Assembly: GCF_001949145.1 (NCBI RefSeq)
Contig: NW_019091362.1
Span: 2,902,204-2,966,203, forward strand
Direction: 5' to 3'
Origin: Acanthaster planci
Lineage: Eukaryota
DNA: 64,000 bases
In this document: in pieces, positions 39,305-54,647 of the stretch
Layout: each line of letters begins with the position of its first letter
Position numbering within the stretch: the stretch's first letter is position 1
Notes under the pieces: generated by a model
Seen by the model: the letters and a program-made list of their open reading frames with translations, nothing else
What the model was told of the DNA's origin: nothing
Database searches by the model: none
Made by a program: the position numbers and the translations under genes

Positions 39305-42300
39305 GTTTAAACGGATTGGTCTATACAGACCTTGAAGTGCATAAAAAGCTCTTACTAAGTAAAAGGCAGATGGGAACTTTGGGTAGTTACGGAAAGATCT
39401 GCAATAATGGAACACAAGAGGAGCTTAGCCACACAGGTTACCCGAGTGAGTTGCACACAGTAGCCTATGACCGGTTCTGGGGTGATTTTTGTTTAGTGAA
39501 CTGTTCAGCATGATTTTTCCGGTACAAATTGGGCTCCGATCAGAGAGGTCACAGAGTACAGTAATAACAACTAAGAAAGAACAATACAAACTTGAAACAC
39601 AACAACAATGGAAACTGAAAAATACATAAATTTACTTGGGGTCAGCTTCAGTAGCAGATTTGCATGGGTGTGTCCAACAATAAAAAATCATCGGTGTACA
39701 CGACAGGCTTTGTTCTCTAACAATATCCAAATTGGAGGTTCACAGAAAGTGAAATCACACACGGTACCAGCGCACATGCAGCTTTATGGACAAAGCTGTA
39801 ACATTTACACAGACATATGTATGTAAATGCAGTTTAAACAGTAAACTAGATACGCGTGCACAACAAGTTTACTTGCTACATACCCAAACTGTACATGTAC
39901 ATGTACACACACGTCCAAATGTACTCAATTCGTGGCAGAACCTCGCTTAAAAGTGACGCAGACAACTGAGCGCGTGTATCTGAGAGGCACTGAATATTGT
40001 TAGGACAAGCTCCAAATCTTCTCTGACAGTGCCAGATGGGACTTCCTTTGAGATATCCCTGAGTGATCCCCTTTGGGCCGATGGACAAATCTCTGGTTGT
40101 CAGTCCTTCGTACTGTCAGATCACAGGACTGGATTTAGCATGCACGAGCAGCATCAACAGTCCTTGCCCCCCCCGTCCCATATGAGATCTGCCAAGAACA
40201 TGTGCACGTGTGACCAACATGTGCGGTAGGCTCCCCTCACGATACCGAAACCGTTCTGATGAACTGCTGACAAAGTCTTACATGAACTGTTCGGGCAAGA
40301 AAAGGTCACTGTGTTAGACAAAATCTGGAACAAGTGCAGTACGACACCTTGCAACAGGACATGTGCATTCTTGTACGCATGTCCAACGAGGCACATGTGA
40401 CCCCTTCTGAAGTTTCTGCACATGCATGTGGTACGACATGCTGCCATCAAGTGCCTGCCTCCCTCTGTGACTGTGCTAAATCCTATGCATTCATTAGTGT
40501 ACATGATGTACATAGGGTTAGCCAAGGTTGAACGATGTCTTCATTATATTGTGACTAATGACCAGGCTATCAATTCATCCTGCCACAGCAGAATTTATTC
40601 CAACACTTTTTTCCCCTCATCCTTCTTTGATACCTGACAGATGTACCCGTACTGTAACTGAAATTTTGTTCAAGCGTTCCTTAAATGTCTAGATTCTAGA
40701 ATAACTCAATTGCTAGGTTAAGAATAAGAAATATGACTTTGGGCAGCACATTTGTAGAATACCAGTATGTATCACAACTCCAGGCTTCCTAACTAAAAAT
40801 CCCAAACAAATTCTTATGTGAAGATTTACACATGTGCAAGCAAGCACGAAATAAGTAGCAACTGCTAGTCTGGCTCCCAGACCAAAATGTACCAACTGTT
40901 ATTTTGGGCAATACAATACAGCAGGGAGCCAGCCTCAGCAGTCCTCCACATTAGAAGCTCATTTGGGACATTCATGATGGGAACTAAGATCTGTGATATA
41001 TTTTCTACAGACATGTTGCCTTGAGGACATACATGTACGAGTACAAGTTCACATTCTCAACCTAGGAATTGGCTAATTCTGGACATAAGGAACATGTAGT
41101 AAATGAACTTTCAGCTCAGGTACCCATAACTCCATCAGGTGGAAGTGTGAAAACAGTGTTGTAAAAATTTCAATATGACAGGATGAACTGATACCCTGGG
41201 CATCAGAAAAATGAAGATGTCGTCCAAAGAGGGGCTTGTGTACCGGTAGGGCTTAAACTGTACATGTCTTTGTTGCACATGCTTATTTACATGAACATGT
41301 GCATTAAAGAGTTCACACACTGTACCCACTCACAGATGCTCAATTGCAGATCTTCAACACTTGCAGCAGCACCTGTTTGGAAATGTCCCATTAAATGTAC
41401 GTTACTTTACCAGGAAAGAGGAATAAAGAGCTTCCATCACATCCCAAACACAACATAAACAGAAAAAAAAAAAGATTTCTCCTCAGGCTTGGCATTCCTC
41501 TGGACCTTTGTCTTGCAGCCACAAACTGAACTGTATTTGTGAGACAGTGTGCCTTGAGTTTTTTTTGTGGGCCAAGAGGTAAGAAGCATCTGGAACTTAA
41601 ATGCCTCTTCCTGACCAGAGAGAGAGAGGGGGGAGACAGCACAGCAGAGTGTCTGGCTTCCTGCTTCTAGTCTTCACACAAACAGCAACTTCTAAAGGTC
41701 TCTCCAACCCTCTCATCCTTCTCCTGCTGATCTGCATGATGCCAGATAACAGATCCCCAAGCCACTCAGACCAGACGAGACGCTGTCAGGTTGGTAAAAA
41801 AAAAAGAAGAAAAGAGGCACACACGCACGCAGGCCGACATCGCCATGACCCAACAATGACCAAGCAAATCCGCCTTGGATTTCGGCATCAGAGATTGAGA
41901 TCTGTGGGACAGGTTCAATCCTTGGTGAAATAATCCCGTCCTTCTGCTGTCACATTCTGAGAGGTATCAGACCACAGGGTCTCAGCAAACCATCTGTCAC
42001 AGTGGTGGGTGAATCGGGGTCCGCAGCATGATTTGCGAAACAGTGTCAAGTGCACGTGCTACTTCCTTTCCCTCAAAAAAAAAAAGCATGCAAGAAAGTA
42101 CAGTAAGCATATCACAAAATGCCACTGAGTCTTTCAATGAAGTACACGTAGGGGTCTCATTTCACGAAGCTGAAACACAGCAAATGTCAAACATCTGAGC
42201 ATAAATTTGGTGTCCGTTTGGAATGGCACCCACAGTTAAACTTCCTAAATACTGACATACTTAAAATAAAAATTAATTCATGAATGGTCTCAGCTATTTT

Positions 42301-43368
42301 GCTTGTAAAAGAAACATCAAAGTGGTATGGTATTTACTGGGATGTCTGTACCCAGGAAAAAAGTCTACCTTGAAATATCACACACTCTGGCTATCTGAAT
42401 ATTCAAACTTTCTGGAACAAGTAGAAGAGCTGCAAAGAGCCAATTGACAACTCAGGTTTAGAGAGTGATCCTTGAACTCTTTGAAACTGCCATAGTGTCA
42501 CAGACATTTCCAGACCTTATTGGAAAACTTTGTGACTCCCTTTCCAGCTTGTGATCTGGCATGAAAGATATTCTAAGAGTATTTCTATGAGTGTACTTTA
42601 AGGCAGACGATGCGCATGCTGAACAAAGAGCAATACAGTTTTAAAAGAAATATTCCTCTAATTAAATTTCCTCTTCGAATTTTTTGCTGTGTATGATCTA
42701 CGATAGGGACTAAGGGAGTCACTCACCAATTAGGACCCCTTTAACAGACCCGTGCCTCAAAACTCAAGGTTGACCACCTGCTTTTGCAGGAAGTTGGTAC
42801 ATGTACAATCGAATAACTGAATACATGTATTGATCAATTTGAGGGTTGAATATTCAAGTATTCAATTATTTGAACTGATTCCGCCTTAAAAATATGATGC
42901 ACTTTTTTGACTGGGTGAAAGCGTATGGATTGATAACTGAGGTTGGAGGAAGAAAAGAAAATCTTTATATCTTTAAGTCGGAGCACGTTCGGCAACCTCC
43001 TCTGGGGAAAACCGGGCAATTGCCACCTCTATACCCAAGATGCCCGATGCCTTTCCTTCAAGTTCCCGGCCAGGGGAACCCTGAGGGCCCAGCAGACAAA
43101 AGTACAGTGAACAAGGGTTCCGCGCATGTGATCCTTGATCAACCACGACGGATGGGCAAGTAATCCAAATGTCACTGCACATAAGCCTCCGTTATATCAT
43201 CAGGTAGTCTCCCCCCCAGCAGGAAAAGACAGCAACCTCCTTCCCCCTTCAAAATGCAGGAAAAACCATCAGTCAATAAAAGTGATGCTTGCTTTCATTG
43301 TTGCCATGGTGGGATCAGTACAAATGGCTCAGTAGAGACAGTTAGATAGTGATGAACCACTGGGGATG

Positions 43369-43694
43369 TCTACACGTACACGTATGTACTGTACGGTACA
43401 TGTGTGCAAATGTACCATAATGTACATAATACGGATACATGTACTGGTACATACAGCCCTGAACAATGTGACAGTACATGTACATGTACACGCTGCAAGT
43501 TATACATGTACATGTAAATGTACTCCGCATGCCATGAGAAAACAAAAACAGGCCTAATGCCATTGTATGAACAATGTACAATGTACATGTACTTGTATGT
43601 AATCTGCACAGTAAGAGCCTGTATATTTGTGCTTCTACATGTGAGTATATACCGGTATATACCGGTATGCTACATGTATTACTAACGTGTACAT
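43369..43694. repeat. Low-complexity TACATG/GTAC-rich tract
   Basis: Dense imperfect (TACATG)n with TACACGTA and TACCGGTA variants. Similar tracts lie near 20088-20104, 20453-20500, 28810-28880, 48310-48370 and 50228-50345. Confidence 0.85.
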
Positions 43695-45967
43695 CATTGT
43701 TGCAGATTAAAATTTCACATTGTTGGGTTTTTGTTTGTTTGTTTTTTTCAGGCCAATGTTAAGGAAAAGAGCAGTTACACAAGACAAACTCAACTGAATC
43801 AAAAACAAAGAGAAAAGTCCATTTAAAACAAACGCAGACTTCATGCGCAAGTGACAAGTTCTCAACAAGTCTGACCCTCCCAGGACCCTGCAAGACAACA
43901 AACAAGACCCCTAGTCTCAATTCAAGTCCGAAGCTATTCTAGTGAGCTGCAACAAGAACACTGCCTTGTCACTGTTCACGCTCTTACTTGTGACTGGTCT
44001 TGAGTCTGGTCTTGTGATGGCATCAGGTCTCTTGACTACAACATGGATCATAATGACTCTGACAAGTCCGTGATCATAATGCCTGTCTCATCTCAAGTAT
44101 GTGTGCACACACTGTATTGCCCATATACGGGTACCCGGTGCACAATACAAATTACATGGAGGCCTTCCCACGAAGCTGATTTCCACAAACAGCAGTTTGA
44201 GGCAATCACAAACAGCTCAATCCCCACAATCCAGCATTTTGCCAGCCCACGCAATCTCTTGGGCAAACAGCATGGCAAGGCTGGAAGTGCCCCACTGTCC
44301 GCTATAAAACCTAATCAAGTCTGCCAGCTCACAGGCTGACCCACACGTGCACTTCTGACTATCTGTTTTCATTTTACGGCCTACCCCTGTCTTCACTTTT
44401 ATGACGCGCAGATCCCACTTTTCTCTTTCTCTCTCTGAGGTCTCACAATCCCTCGCGCCGCCGGACTTTGGACTGCCCTGCACTTTCCCTTGCACATGGC
44501 ACGCACTGCGCCCGTCAGAATCTAGACCGTGACATTGAATGTTCCGCTACCAGGAAATATCATGATGGGTTCAATGCAAGAACAGGAAACTGCCGCTGAA
44601 GTACACGAGATCCAATCTGTTATTTCTTGGCTGTATCAAACGGAACAGGACCCCCCAGTGGAGGCAAATGTCAAATTGTCAGACTTGATTTTCTCCTCGT
44701 CTCTAGCACCCCCATTCCCTTTGACCTTGGAGGGGGAGAGGAGGAAACAGGGGACTATTTGGCCTTGGATATACAGTAAGGAGCTCCTGAAGGATTGAGG
44801 AGGTTACAGATGAATCATTAGTTTTACTGACATTGTCCTATATTATTACAGGAATACGTGTATGTATCATTTCATCAGGATATTTACTTAGACATGTACC
44901 GGTAGGAGAGAGGAGGGGAGAATTCATGTACCAGACAATATAAGCCATCAAATACATGTTAAAGAAGTCATAAATATTGATGACTAATGTTAGAACAGTC
45001 ACATTCATTTCAGATACATGTACATGTGTATGTGTGCGGTACTGTACAACCTCAAATTCTATTTTGATTGTTTACGTCAAAGTGTGTGAAAGTTAGAGAC
45101 ACACACAGGCCTACATGTACCTACTACGTAAATGTACCCTCTGAAAAGAACGTGGACAACCTTCGGCTTGATGAGAACCAGGCCAGGTTTAATGAGTAGG
45201 CCTACATTTTCACTGAGGCGACATGTAATCATGCTCGACGACCGCACACACAGAGCCAGAAATTGAAAAAATCCTTTGGTCAAAGGTCTAAACTCAGCCA
45301 ACAACTGAAAAAGTCCTCCCAAATGTAGTACTGTGTATATATCCCTTGCCCCAGTGACACAAAAAACTATGGAATAGTCCATCTTCCTTCAGAGTTTAAT
45401 CTCTGTCAGTCTAGTCTTTGAAGTGTTGTGAAACTATGCCAAAAAAATTGCAAAATAAGGTCCTACAATTCAGAGCAACTTGCAAAGACCTTGAATGCAT
45501 CATGCCTAAATTTCCTGTATGGGGGAACTTGGAGAATTTTGTTAACTGAAAATAAATTGTTGAGTTGATTTTATTCTAAACTACTTTTTTCCAGCAACAC
45601 TAATCCTGCTTTCCATTTTCTTGTCCTCCTTCCACTACATGAACCACAGCCCACTTGACTCCCCACCAACCAGCGCCCACGGGCCACTTTGGTGGCGGTG
45701 TATGGGGGCAGGTTTTCCTGTCAAGTGTAGGTCGCGACCTGCCATTGTTACAAATTGGCCAATCACAATGACCACAGGCTACACAACAACAACAGTGGGG
45801 TGGATGTCACGATGGCAGAATGGCACAGCTCCGGATATTTATTAAGTGCGCACAGCACACGAGGACAAAACCTGACAAAATATTAAAATTGCTCTGAGGC
45901 AACATGAAACTGCTCAGTGTGAGATACCGCTACATGTACCATTAATAAAAATGAATCCCTGAACTTT

Positions 45968-46244
45968 TCACATAACATATGTAACATAGTATGAACATTG
46001 TACAGGTAGCAAGAAAATGTTTTCGTCCAAGTCAAAGGAAGGAATGCTTTCCATTAGAATAATGTTAAATTTCAAACTAGGTTTTGTTTTTCTTCATTTT
46101 TAAATCAAAACAAAGCTTTTAACGTTCACATAACATGCATTATACAATCTAGCAAAAAACTCTTTACAGCCAAGTCAAAAGAAGGACTGGTTTGCATTAG
46201 AAAAACGTTAAATTACACACTGGTTTTTACTCTTCTCCATTTTA
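45968..46244. repeat. Diverged ~150-bp tandem duplication
   Basis: TTCACATAACAT...TAGCAA.AAA...CCAAGTCAAA.GAAGGA.TG.TTT.CATTAGAA.AA.GTTAAATT present twice. Confidence 0.75.
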
Positions 46245-46567
46245 CTAAGATACAAAACTGATGTTTGATAGTAAGCTTGACAGTATATTTGTATTCTCCC
46301 CACCCCCCCAAGAATGGGACATATTATTTAGAATGCATGAGTATGTATACATACATGTACGTACATGTACATGTACCATACATGGTGTGACAGTAGTGCA
46401 TACACTCATTTCAATCAACCAATCAAAACCAGCAAGACCAGCAGTCAAGTGTTAAAACAAGGTTGTGTGTTGAGTCCCATCTGAGTAAGCCAGTCAATAT
46501 TTTTTCATCTCATACACAAACACTCAGGAACTCTAAGAGAGCACACTGAGCACACAGTGCTTATGTC

Positions 46568-46581
46568 GTTACCCTGGCAAC
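46568..46581. promoter_or_regulatory. RFX X-box-like motif
   Basis: GTTACCCTGGCAAC. Confidence 0.35.
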
Positions 46582-49500
46582 ATTACATCAGCAACACTTA
46601 TATGCTGAAATTTAAATAGTCTTTTTATTCTAAATACATTCAGAACTCGATGACCTTACAAAGAAAACACCAATTTTTAGTTTTTTACCCCTCTGCATCC
46701 CAACGTTTAGCATGTAATAAACATGCATGTTTAGTTTCTCACAACCAACACTGGTTTCAAATCCACTCAGTGCTCGCATTAGATCTGACTCATGCATTAA
46801 ACTACATGTATTTGATACATGTACGTCCCCCCCCCAATGCAGTGCACATGCAAATACGGTGTGCCCTAAATCTGTATCACTCTTCCTCAGGTTTTCCCAC
46901 GCTGGTAATAAATTACTCACAGTGATGCATGTGAAAATATGGCTTTGTTGGCCAACTGATGTTACGCCAGGTACACGTACATGCACAAGCTTACGACTGC
47001 TGTGAAGTTTGTAATTTACTCTAACCAAGAAGTTCACATAAAATGTTAACGGCATCCAAAAATGGACACATTGGCCGATATTCGAAGACTTTGTTCCTGT
47101 CCTGCATGCCATAACACATGAGGTTTACCCAAATGAAAAGAGCAGTCTTTGTGTGTTTGTAGCAAAAGTGAAACACTTGAGACACAAAGCATGGCTAAGA
47201 CTTCAGTGCTCGCACTGTAACGTGGGACACAAATATGTTATATGTGAAACAGTGCATACATGCGGGTAAGATTGACGGACTACGACTGGCCTAATTCCTA
47301 GTGGATTCTATCTTTTAAATGAATTTGCAAAGCCACCAATGTCTCAAAATCTAAAAATCTACAGTGTAATAACAAGGTTGCAAGAGGTGTGACAAGGAAG
47401 TGCTACGACAGGACTATAACGAATTGGTACATAGATAAGGATACTACTTTGTCTGTTTAGCAATACAATTCGTTCTTCAAAGGGCACATGTACTGTTTCT
47501 GTCATGAATTTTTCAGAACTATTCAACAGGCCTTCAGTTTGAATGTATTGAAAAATGCATCTTTTTAATCTTTCATGATTGTCCCTGCTTTCCTGGACGA
47601 CTAAGGACATTAACATGTGCAGTTATAATGTCATACACGAAAGACACGGTTACATGCATAGGTTCTCCTGTTTGAATTATGAGCCTGGCGTTTACTCAAT
47701 GAAAATATTTCTGCAACAGCGTTGCTCACTATTGAAATATACTTACAATAATCAATCACTAAACTTTAGAAAGGAAATCTGGGCCAGCAAAATGTCTTTA
47801 CAATCCAGCAGGTTTTTTTGTGCACAAATCAGTGTAATAAATATTATGGGTTTCTTCCTGAGATTTATACATTGCGGTTTTGCTCACGAATATGGAAACT
47901 CATTGCTATAAACCCAAAAAGCCATGAATTACATGTGTACATGTACACTGTAACCTTTAAAATAGGAAAACAAAAATAAAAACTAAAGTTATGTGAAACA
48001 CAAACGTGCATTTTGAATGTTTGTATTTAAAAAAAAATGGATTACAGTGACCTGTAAAACAACTTACATTTTAGAACCCAGCAATATTAAAATCTATGTA
48101 GTTTTGTTCCACTTTTCCCTCAAAATTAAGGGTTTGTGACCACATGCTAAAAAGGTAAGAAATGAACGAAATGTGTAGCTTTTGTCTGAAAAGTAGTTGC
48201 CGTATTCTTTAATAAAACTTAACAAAACTAAAAACTTATCTTTGCGACTTAGCAGTTTACCAAACTCCTAAAACTGCGCGGCTGTGTGTGCTTCCCACTG
48301 GAAAGACCCATGTACATGTACACATGTACATGTACTTTATGTACATGTACTGTACATGCATGCACACATGCAGTTTTGCCTTGTCTGACCTCTGATTGAC
48401 CCAGAAGTGTGACATCATGTTCAAACAGGGTGGCATTGAAATGGTTAAGGGGGAATAACTATATTTGCATAATCCCTCGGGAAGATATTGCTAACTCCCC
48501 CATTTTGCCGAAACCGACTTTTTTTTGTCGATCGTGACTCATGTCAAACTCCATTAACCACCACCCTCCCTGATTATTTAACAGGTGAACACATACACTT
48601 TGTTCATGTCCATCTCAGAGATATTTCTAGACACCATGATGGCTCACCCTGCAGCTCCTGACTCTAAATGCTAAAATTTCTAGAGTGGTCCTTTTCCAAG
48701 CAGCTGTATGCCTGTGAAACAATTCTCAATCGTTCCCTTTGTCTCGCCTACAGAAATGGCAAATTGAACCCAACAGTACCAGTACTCTAGGAGATCTGTC
48801 AAGCGATCAATTTTGATAATTTTGGGTTTCCTTCATTCATTCAGTGTCCAATCCCACTAACGCCAAGGCCAAGCAGAATGCTGTTACCGGTAGCTTGTAC
48901 AGGTGCCCAGTACAATGCCTACCATGGACAGCATTCTTCTGCTTGGTCTATGCACGCTGCTAGGAAGCCGGCCTTTTCTATCAGATCTGGAAAACCCATT
49001 CACTGGTATCTTTGCATCAGCAAAAGTGTTTTGCACCCAGCCAGGGTGAAATCTAATTATGAGGTCACGGCCACTGTTCTGAGTGATCTAGGCCAGGGGT
49101 CACCATTTCTGGGTCACTGCTTTAATTACTGGCGATTGACAGCCTGAAGAGAGGGCCACGCTGATATTAAATCACGATTATCAGAACTGATTTTTTTTCT
49201 CAAGAGGTGTTTAACTCTTCATTTCAAATGATTCTGTGGAATCTGTAATTATCCAATGTGAAAGATATGAAATTATTGTGTTTTCACAAATAATCTACAT
49301 GTATTTATAACAAAGTGAGAGGTGTTAATTTTAGAACATGTACATGTGTGTACATGTAATTTGTTCCAAATTTTTGAAAGATAATCTCCCATTTGAACCA
49401 TGGAGTGAACAAACTTTTTTAAAATAAGTATTCTCAGGCCAAAAATCACCACTTTTAAACTGATTTTAATCAAATAACTGAACATTGACTTATTTTAATG

Positions 49501-51379
49501 AAAACTGTCTGAGAAACTAGGAGGTAAGTAAGTAAGTCAATTCGAAACATACAGGTATCATACCCCGCATGTACATGGATGTAAATTGTCTCGGCAAAAA
49601 TCACATGATCCATGACATGGATGACTCTTGCAGAGAATTTTAGTGACTGAAGATTTCTGTGGCCTACATGCACACACTTAACGTGACATAAGTAGCACAA
49701 GTCAGAAGACTACAGTTACCAATAGGCTACAAATACGTACATGCATGTTGATGAGTGCAAATACACAGTGAGTGCCTTTCCTGCAAAAGCTGGGAGATTG
49801 GGGCAAAGTCTAACCTATAAAAGTGAATCAGACTTGGGCTGAAATTAAATCCTGATTCTGGGTCAGTTCAAGTTGGTGGCTGCCCAGTCATGGGTACAAT
49901 ATATGGCCTTGACACGGGATTATAAACTCCGCCAAGAATAAAGGGGCGACTTCAAGCAAGAAGGTCAAAGTGGAACAGTAATTCAAACTGTCTGATCAGA
50001 GGAATGTGTGACTTAAATGTACATGTACACAGTATACAGTGACATATATAAATTGGACAGATTTTTCTGTGTTTTGTCATGGAGACCTCTATTAATAGCT
50101 CCATGGTTTTATGGATCACGGAAAGGGGAAAAACTAAATGTATAACATTTGAATAAATGACATGTAACAGGCAATAAAAAAATGATTTAACACAGGTCAA
50201 ACTGACAAGAATTTTTAGAAGAAACAATACATGTACATGTACTTACATGTATGTGTACATGTTTGAATAAGGGGGAATAGCAAGCTCCATTCAATCTTGT
50301 TTGATTATCAAAGCCACATGTACATGTACATGTATACATTGTACTGTACCTCCGGAGCCACACCTACATGGAATTTACAAATTTGATGGAATTCAGAGGT
50401 GATGGATATTTTTACGAGCAAGGGTTTGCCTCCAATCATTGTCAGGGTAGCATGCTGGCGCTTTCTAGCAGCCCACACCAAGAGGGAGGGAGGAAGGGGG
50501 AGCAAGTTTGATTGGGTTAGAGCAGTGCCTGTGACCTAGAAACCACTCCATCACTGAGCTCACCAAGGTCAGTTGAATGATATGCAACAAAGAAGCCATT
50601 TTTATCACATTTCCTGAATCTATCTTATTCAATATCATCTGCTAAATGAGGTGATGCCAGACTATTTTGGGTTCCATGCCCCACTTTAATTTTTCTAAAT
50701 GTTGCTTGAAACATAAAGCTACATGTACATGTATAATAGCTCTGAAATTTTAAGTTATTCAGCATTATCAAAATGAAACTAATCTGTTTCAAACGTCTGT
50801 TTGATTTATTTGATATTTTTTCATTCTTACCTGTATGTTCCCAAAACAAGATAACCTCACTTTCAATTCAATATGGCCGACTTGTGTGAATGAGGTCAAT
50901 TCTGAATCCAGTATGGCAGCGAATGCAATAACATTGCAAGCTACATGTAGTAGAAAGGCTGTGAATCGCCCATGCCAGCAATTTCTGAATTTGCATGCAC
51001 TTCAATTCTATGCTCTTACATTAGGAACATGTAGGGCATCTTGTGGAGCATGGAGTGGACGGTGTACATGTACATGGACTGTATCTGAGGAATTTGGACA
51101 CACACGAAAGCAGAGCCTTCCAAACAGATCTATTCTGCAGTGGGAATATGCATCAGTATTCAAATTGACAGTAGGTCTCATGATTACTTTAGCAGTGATA
51201 CATGTACATGTAATCCATGGATCAAAATATCATCAAAGAGTCACTGGTTAACCGAGCAAAACTTACATGTAAGGAAAGAAAGATGAGGAAATACATATGA
51301 GCTTTAAATCCATATTTGCTTTGCATACCCCCCAAAATTGTTGTTTTTTTATTATTTTTTTTAGGGTGGTTATATATTA

Positions 51380-51611
51380 GGTTAATTCCAGAGATTAGGC
51401 GTCCAAAAGTGTGACATTGTCATGTCCCTGTTACATGAACATCTGACCTCTGTTTACATGGGAATTTCACCGGAACTGATTTCAAACTATTACTTTTTGT
51501 TTGGCAGGTAATTTGCATTAATTGAAAATTAGAAAATGTGTTCTGAACTTACAAAATCATCAGATACGACAGAGACACGAAAAAGTGGAGCCCTAATTTC
51601 TGGAATTACCC
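51380..51611. mobile_element. MITE with ~25-bp terminal inverted repeats (PIF/Harbinger-like)
   Basis: Left GGTTAATTCCAGAGATTAGGCGTCC versus reverse complement of the right end GGGTAATTCCAGAAATTAGGGCTCC; preceded by TTA. A related terminus GGGCAATTGCAGAAATTAGGGGTCC lies at 4218-4242. Confidence 0.7.
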
Positions 51612-54453
51612 ATTATTCGTTTCTATGGCAGCTTATTTGCTGGTCTCAAAATCTATTACCTTTGGTGAAAGTTTCTTCCAACAGATTTTTGTAAACAAGA
51701 GTTTGATAATGTAATGTTGTAATGTTTTCAGTAAAAAGTCAGTACTGTTAAGTAAGCACAAATACATGTAATTGGGAGTCCAACCTAAGGAAGTCCATTC
51801 ATTAAGTTTTCTTTCTTTTTCAACCACAGAGTTTCGCTGACCTGCATACGGTACACGTACCGATATTGTTACATTGAAATTTGTAGTAAATCTGCAACAT
51901 TTGCAGAAATTCGGAACTCCAAACAGCCCTCTCTAAGGAGATATCATCTTCTTGAATAATATCAACCCTAAATCCTCCCAAATCCTCTGAATGATTTTGA
52001 AGGATTCAGGAGGATTGAGGAAGAATGGCATAACAGTGTGGCTGATTGTGAAGAAGGCACTGTGTCAAGGTTATGGGTTAGACCTTGTGTTGTTTATGAT
52101 CAGCCATGCATACATTGTTATGTGAAATCCTCTATACTGCCTCAGGATACCATTCGCATGGATACCATTCACAACTTTAAGTTACGTTTTCCTCTGAGGT
52201 ACTCATAAGCTTGCCTTTAGCCGTGCTTACTGCTTTAGTCTTCATGAAATACACAGAGCCTCTATTAGCGTAAAATTGTCCAGTGCCACAAAACTGGACC
52301 AAGATATGTAAATTTAAGTACAAATTCGAGGGACGTGAAATCACACAGAACTATGGTAGTCTATGTACATGTATTTTATTAGCTACTGACAAGCACAGAA
52401 AAACATGCCATGCAGGTACCTGTTTTTTGTGTGATTCAAATTTTTACCAATTGATCTTACATGTACAGTATGTGTCAAATAAAATAACGCATACTTGATA
52501 TATGCAGAGACAAGTGTCATAAATTTGTATAAATGTGACTCAGTAGTGCTGTCATCATTACGTGTGCCGATACATCAGTCATCAGCAATGTGTTGGCACA
52601 TTCAGTATTGCTGCATGATTACTTGCAAATAGCGCGCTGCCTACATCAGTAATGTATCAGTGCGTCTTGAATGCAAATGGTTGCTGCCCTGCCAAAAAGA
52701 AAGCAATATCCACAGGTTTCTGCAGTATTGTAGTAATATTTAAATTAATAATTGCGTTAATTACTACACATTTTGTTAATGCATTTCTGTTACAAGGCAC
52801 AAGTTTTGCAAGTGTGGGATTGAGTTGATTGTCAATATCATACAAAAAGAACAAGTCAGAAACTGAATCTCAAAATGAAGAACTTGGGAGGCCCAAAATT
52901 TGGCCTTTGTTCGAAGACACGCATATGAATCTCCTATAAATATTGCATGAACGTGAAGTTTGGCAACAGTAAAAAACAGAATTTTATCATATTGATACAG
53001 TAAAAGAGATCCCCACGGATGTATTTCTGAAATCAACAAAATTATTTCGGATTTGGAGGTAATCCTAGAATATTGGGAGAAAATTGGAGGCAATTCCTGT
53101 GTTTGGTTAACAGCAACCCTCACAAGCTTTGCAGAAATCTCCCTAGAGATCCTGGGGGATTTTGAAGGATGGAGAAATTTATAGAACCCAGATACAATCA
53201 CTTTCCACACATGGGGCTTGATGGCCCTTAAAAGTGAAAGTACGTGTACAAACAATGTATGTCATAATCCTGTGCACTGGACATTTCTTGAGGATTATAG
53301 GAATAACTATTCCTCAGTTCATAAAACTTGGGGAATTAATCAAATGTTCTTTTTGATGAATGTAAGTGATCTCACGATGGACACATAATTATAAAGTATG
53401 ATTTCTTAGAATCAATACAAGTTTTAGCAGTTTGCTAAGTTCATCCTCGTAAGTACACACCAGCATTTCACTTTAACACCATCTTGTTCCTGCACACAAC
53501 GCATTATTGCAGTGAAGCTGACAGAAACATTACAAAGATGAAAGTAAGCCTGTGCTGAATATATGAATATATTCAAATACAACTCGCGTTATAAATATCA
53601 AAGCGACAGAGACCAGACAAATTAATTTGTTATAACCAGGGCATCGTTATAAAGAGGGGGGGGACAGATCACGAAATAGAGATTCAAAGAATTTGTCCTT
53701 TATAACAGTACTTTTTACTTGTGTTCTTTATATTTAAATATTCCATCAATTCTTGAATAATCCAAGATTATTTTTTAATCGAATTTCAGGTCAAGTATTT
53801 CAATAATTAATTATTCGATTGTATTTCATCCCCATTATGAACGCCACTTTTACTCCGGTGAAACCATGAAGTTATGGCTTGATCCCGCAACTGTGTCATT
53901 TTACTTTTATTATGTCATCTAATCTTTCTGGTGATCGACAACATGACAAACAGTACCGGCTGTATTTGGCCAAACCTGGCAGAACAACTGTATAAATACG
54001 AACCCCAGGATTTTATTTGCAATTTTCAGTTTGGTAGCAGTGTACTACACACACTGTGCTGTGTGGCCTACTTTTTAACAATGTGTACCTTATGCTTAGC
54101 ATATGACACGAGTAACATTTTTACCAGTATCTTAAAACAAAAGGTACCAACGATTCTTTTGTTGATCTACAGTATAAGATAAAATTGAGTCATACAGAAA
54201 TAATTTTTATTGGACAATCACAATTTTCCAGTTTCATAAACACAACCAACCCAAATTGGACTCTTTTTTTACGTCTTTTTCCCTTATGTACTGACCCATT
54301 TTGTTTGCAAAAAGCCCCTTCAAACCAACAGGGAGGCTTTGGTTGGTGTTCATGAAACTTCGCAATGTAGAATTATTTCACAAGCAGCCACTTAAGTTTG
54401 ATTGGAGGCACTGGTGAAATTTCACAGGCAACCAAAGTTCCTCCAAACTTTAC

Positions 54454-54647
54454 CTGATATTGAGGTACATGTACATGTAGGCCTATGCAGGTGGTGACTT
54501 TGTGTACAAGTTTATCCAGTAGGTACATTGTATCAGTGGATCGCACAGTGTATCTTATTACATGTATATCGCTGTGCTTTTGGTCGATACCACATGGAAT
54601 CTCAGACTTTTTAATTCTTTTTGAAACACCGGCCATAATATCCATGG
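54454..54647 (-). CDS. Weak candidate exon with a start codon (unknown product)
   Basis: Acceptor ctcttgattttacag|CCATGG. Splicing to the 55524 donor would give a GCCATGG Kozak context. Open frame MDIMAGVSKRIKKSEIPCG... runs to a CAG|gtaaag donor at 54453. The 3' part contains TACATGTA low-complexity sequence, so the end is doubtful. Confidence 0.25.
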
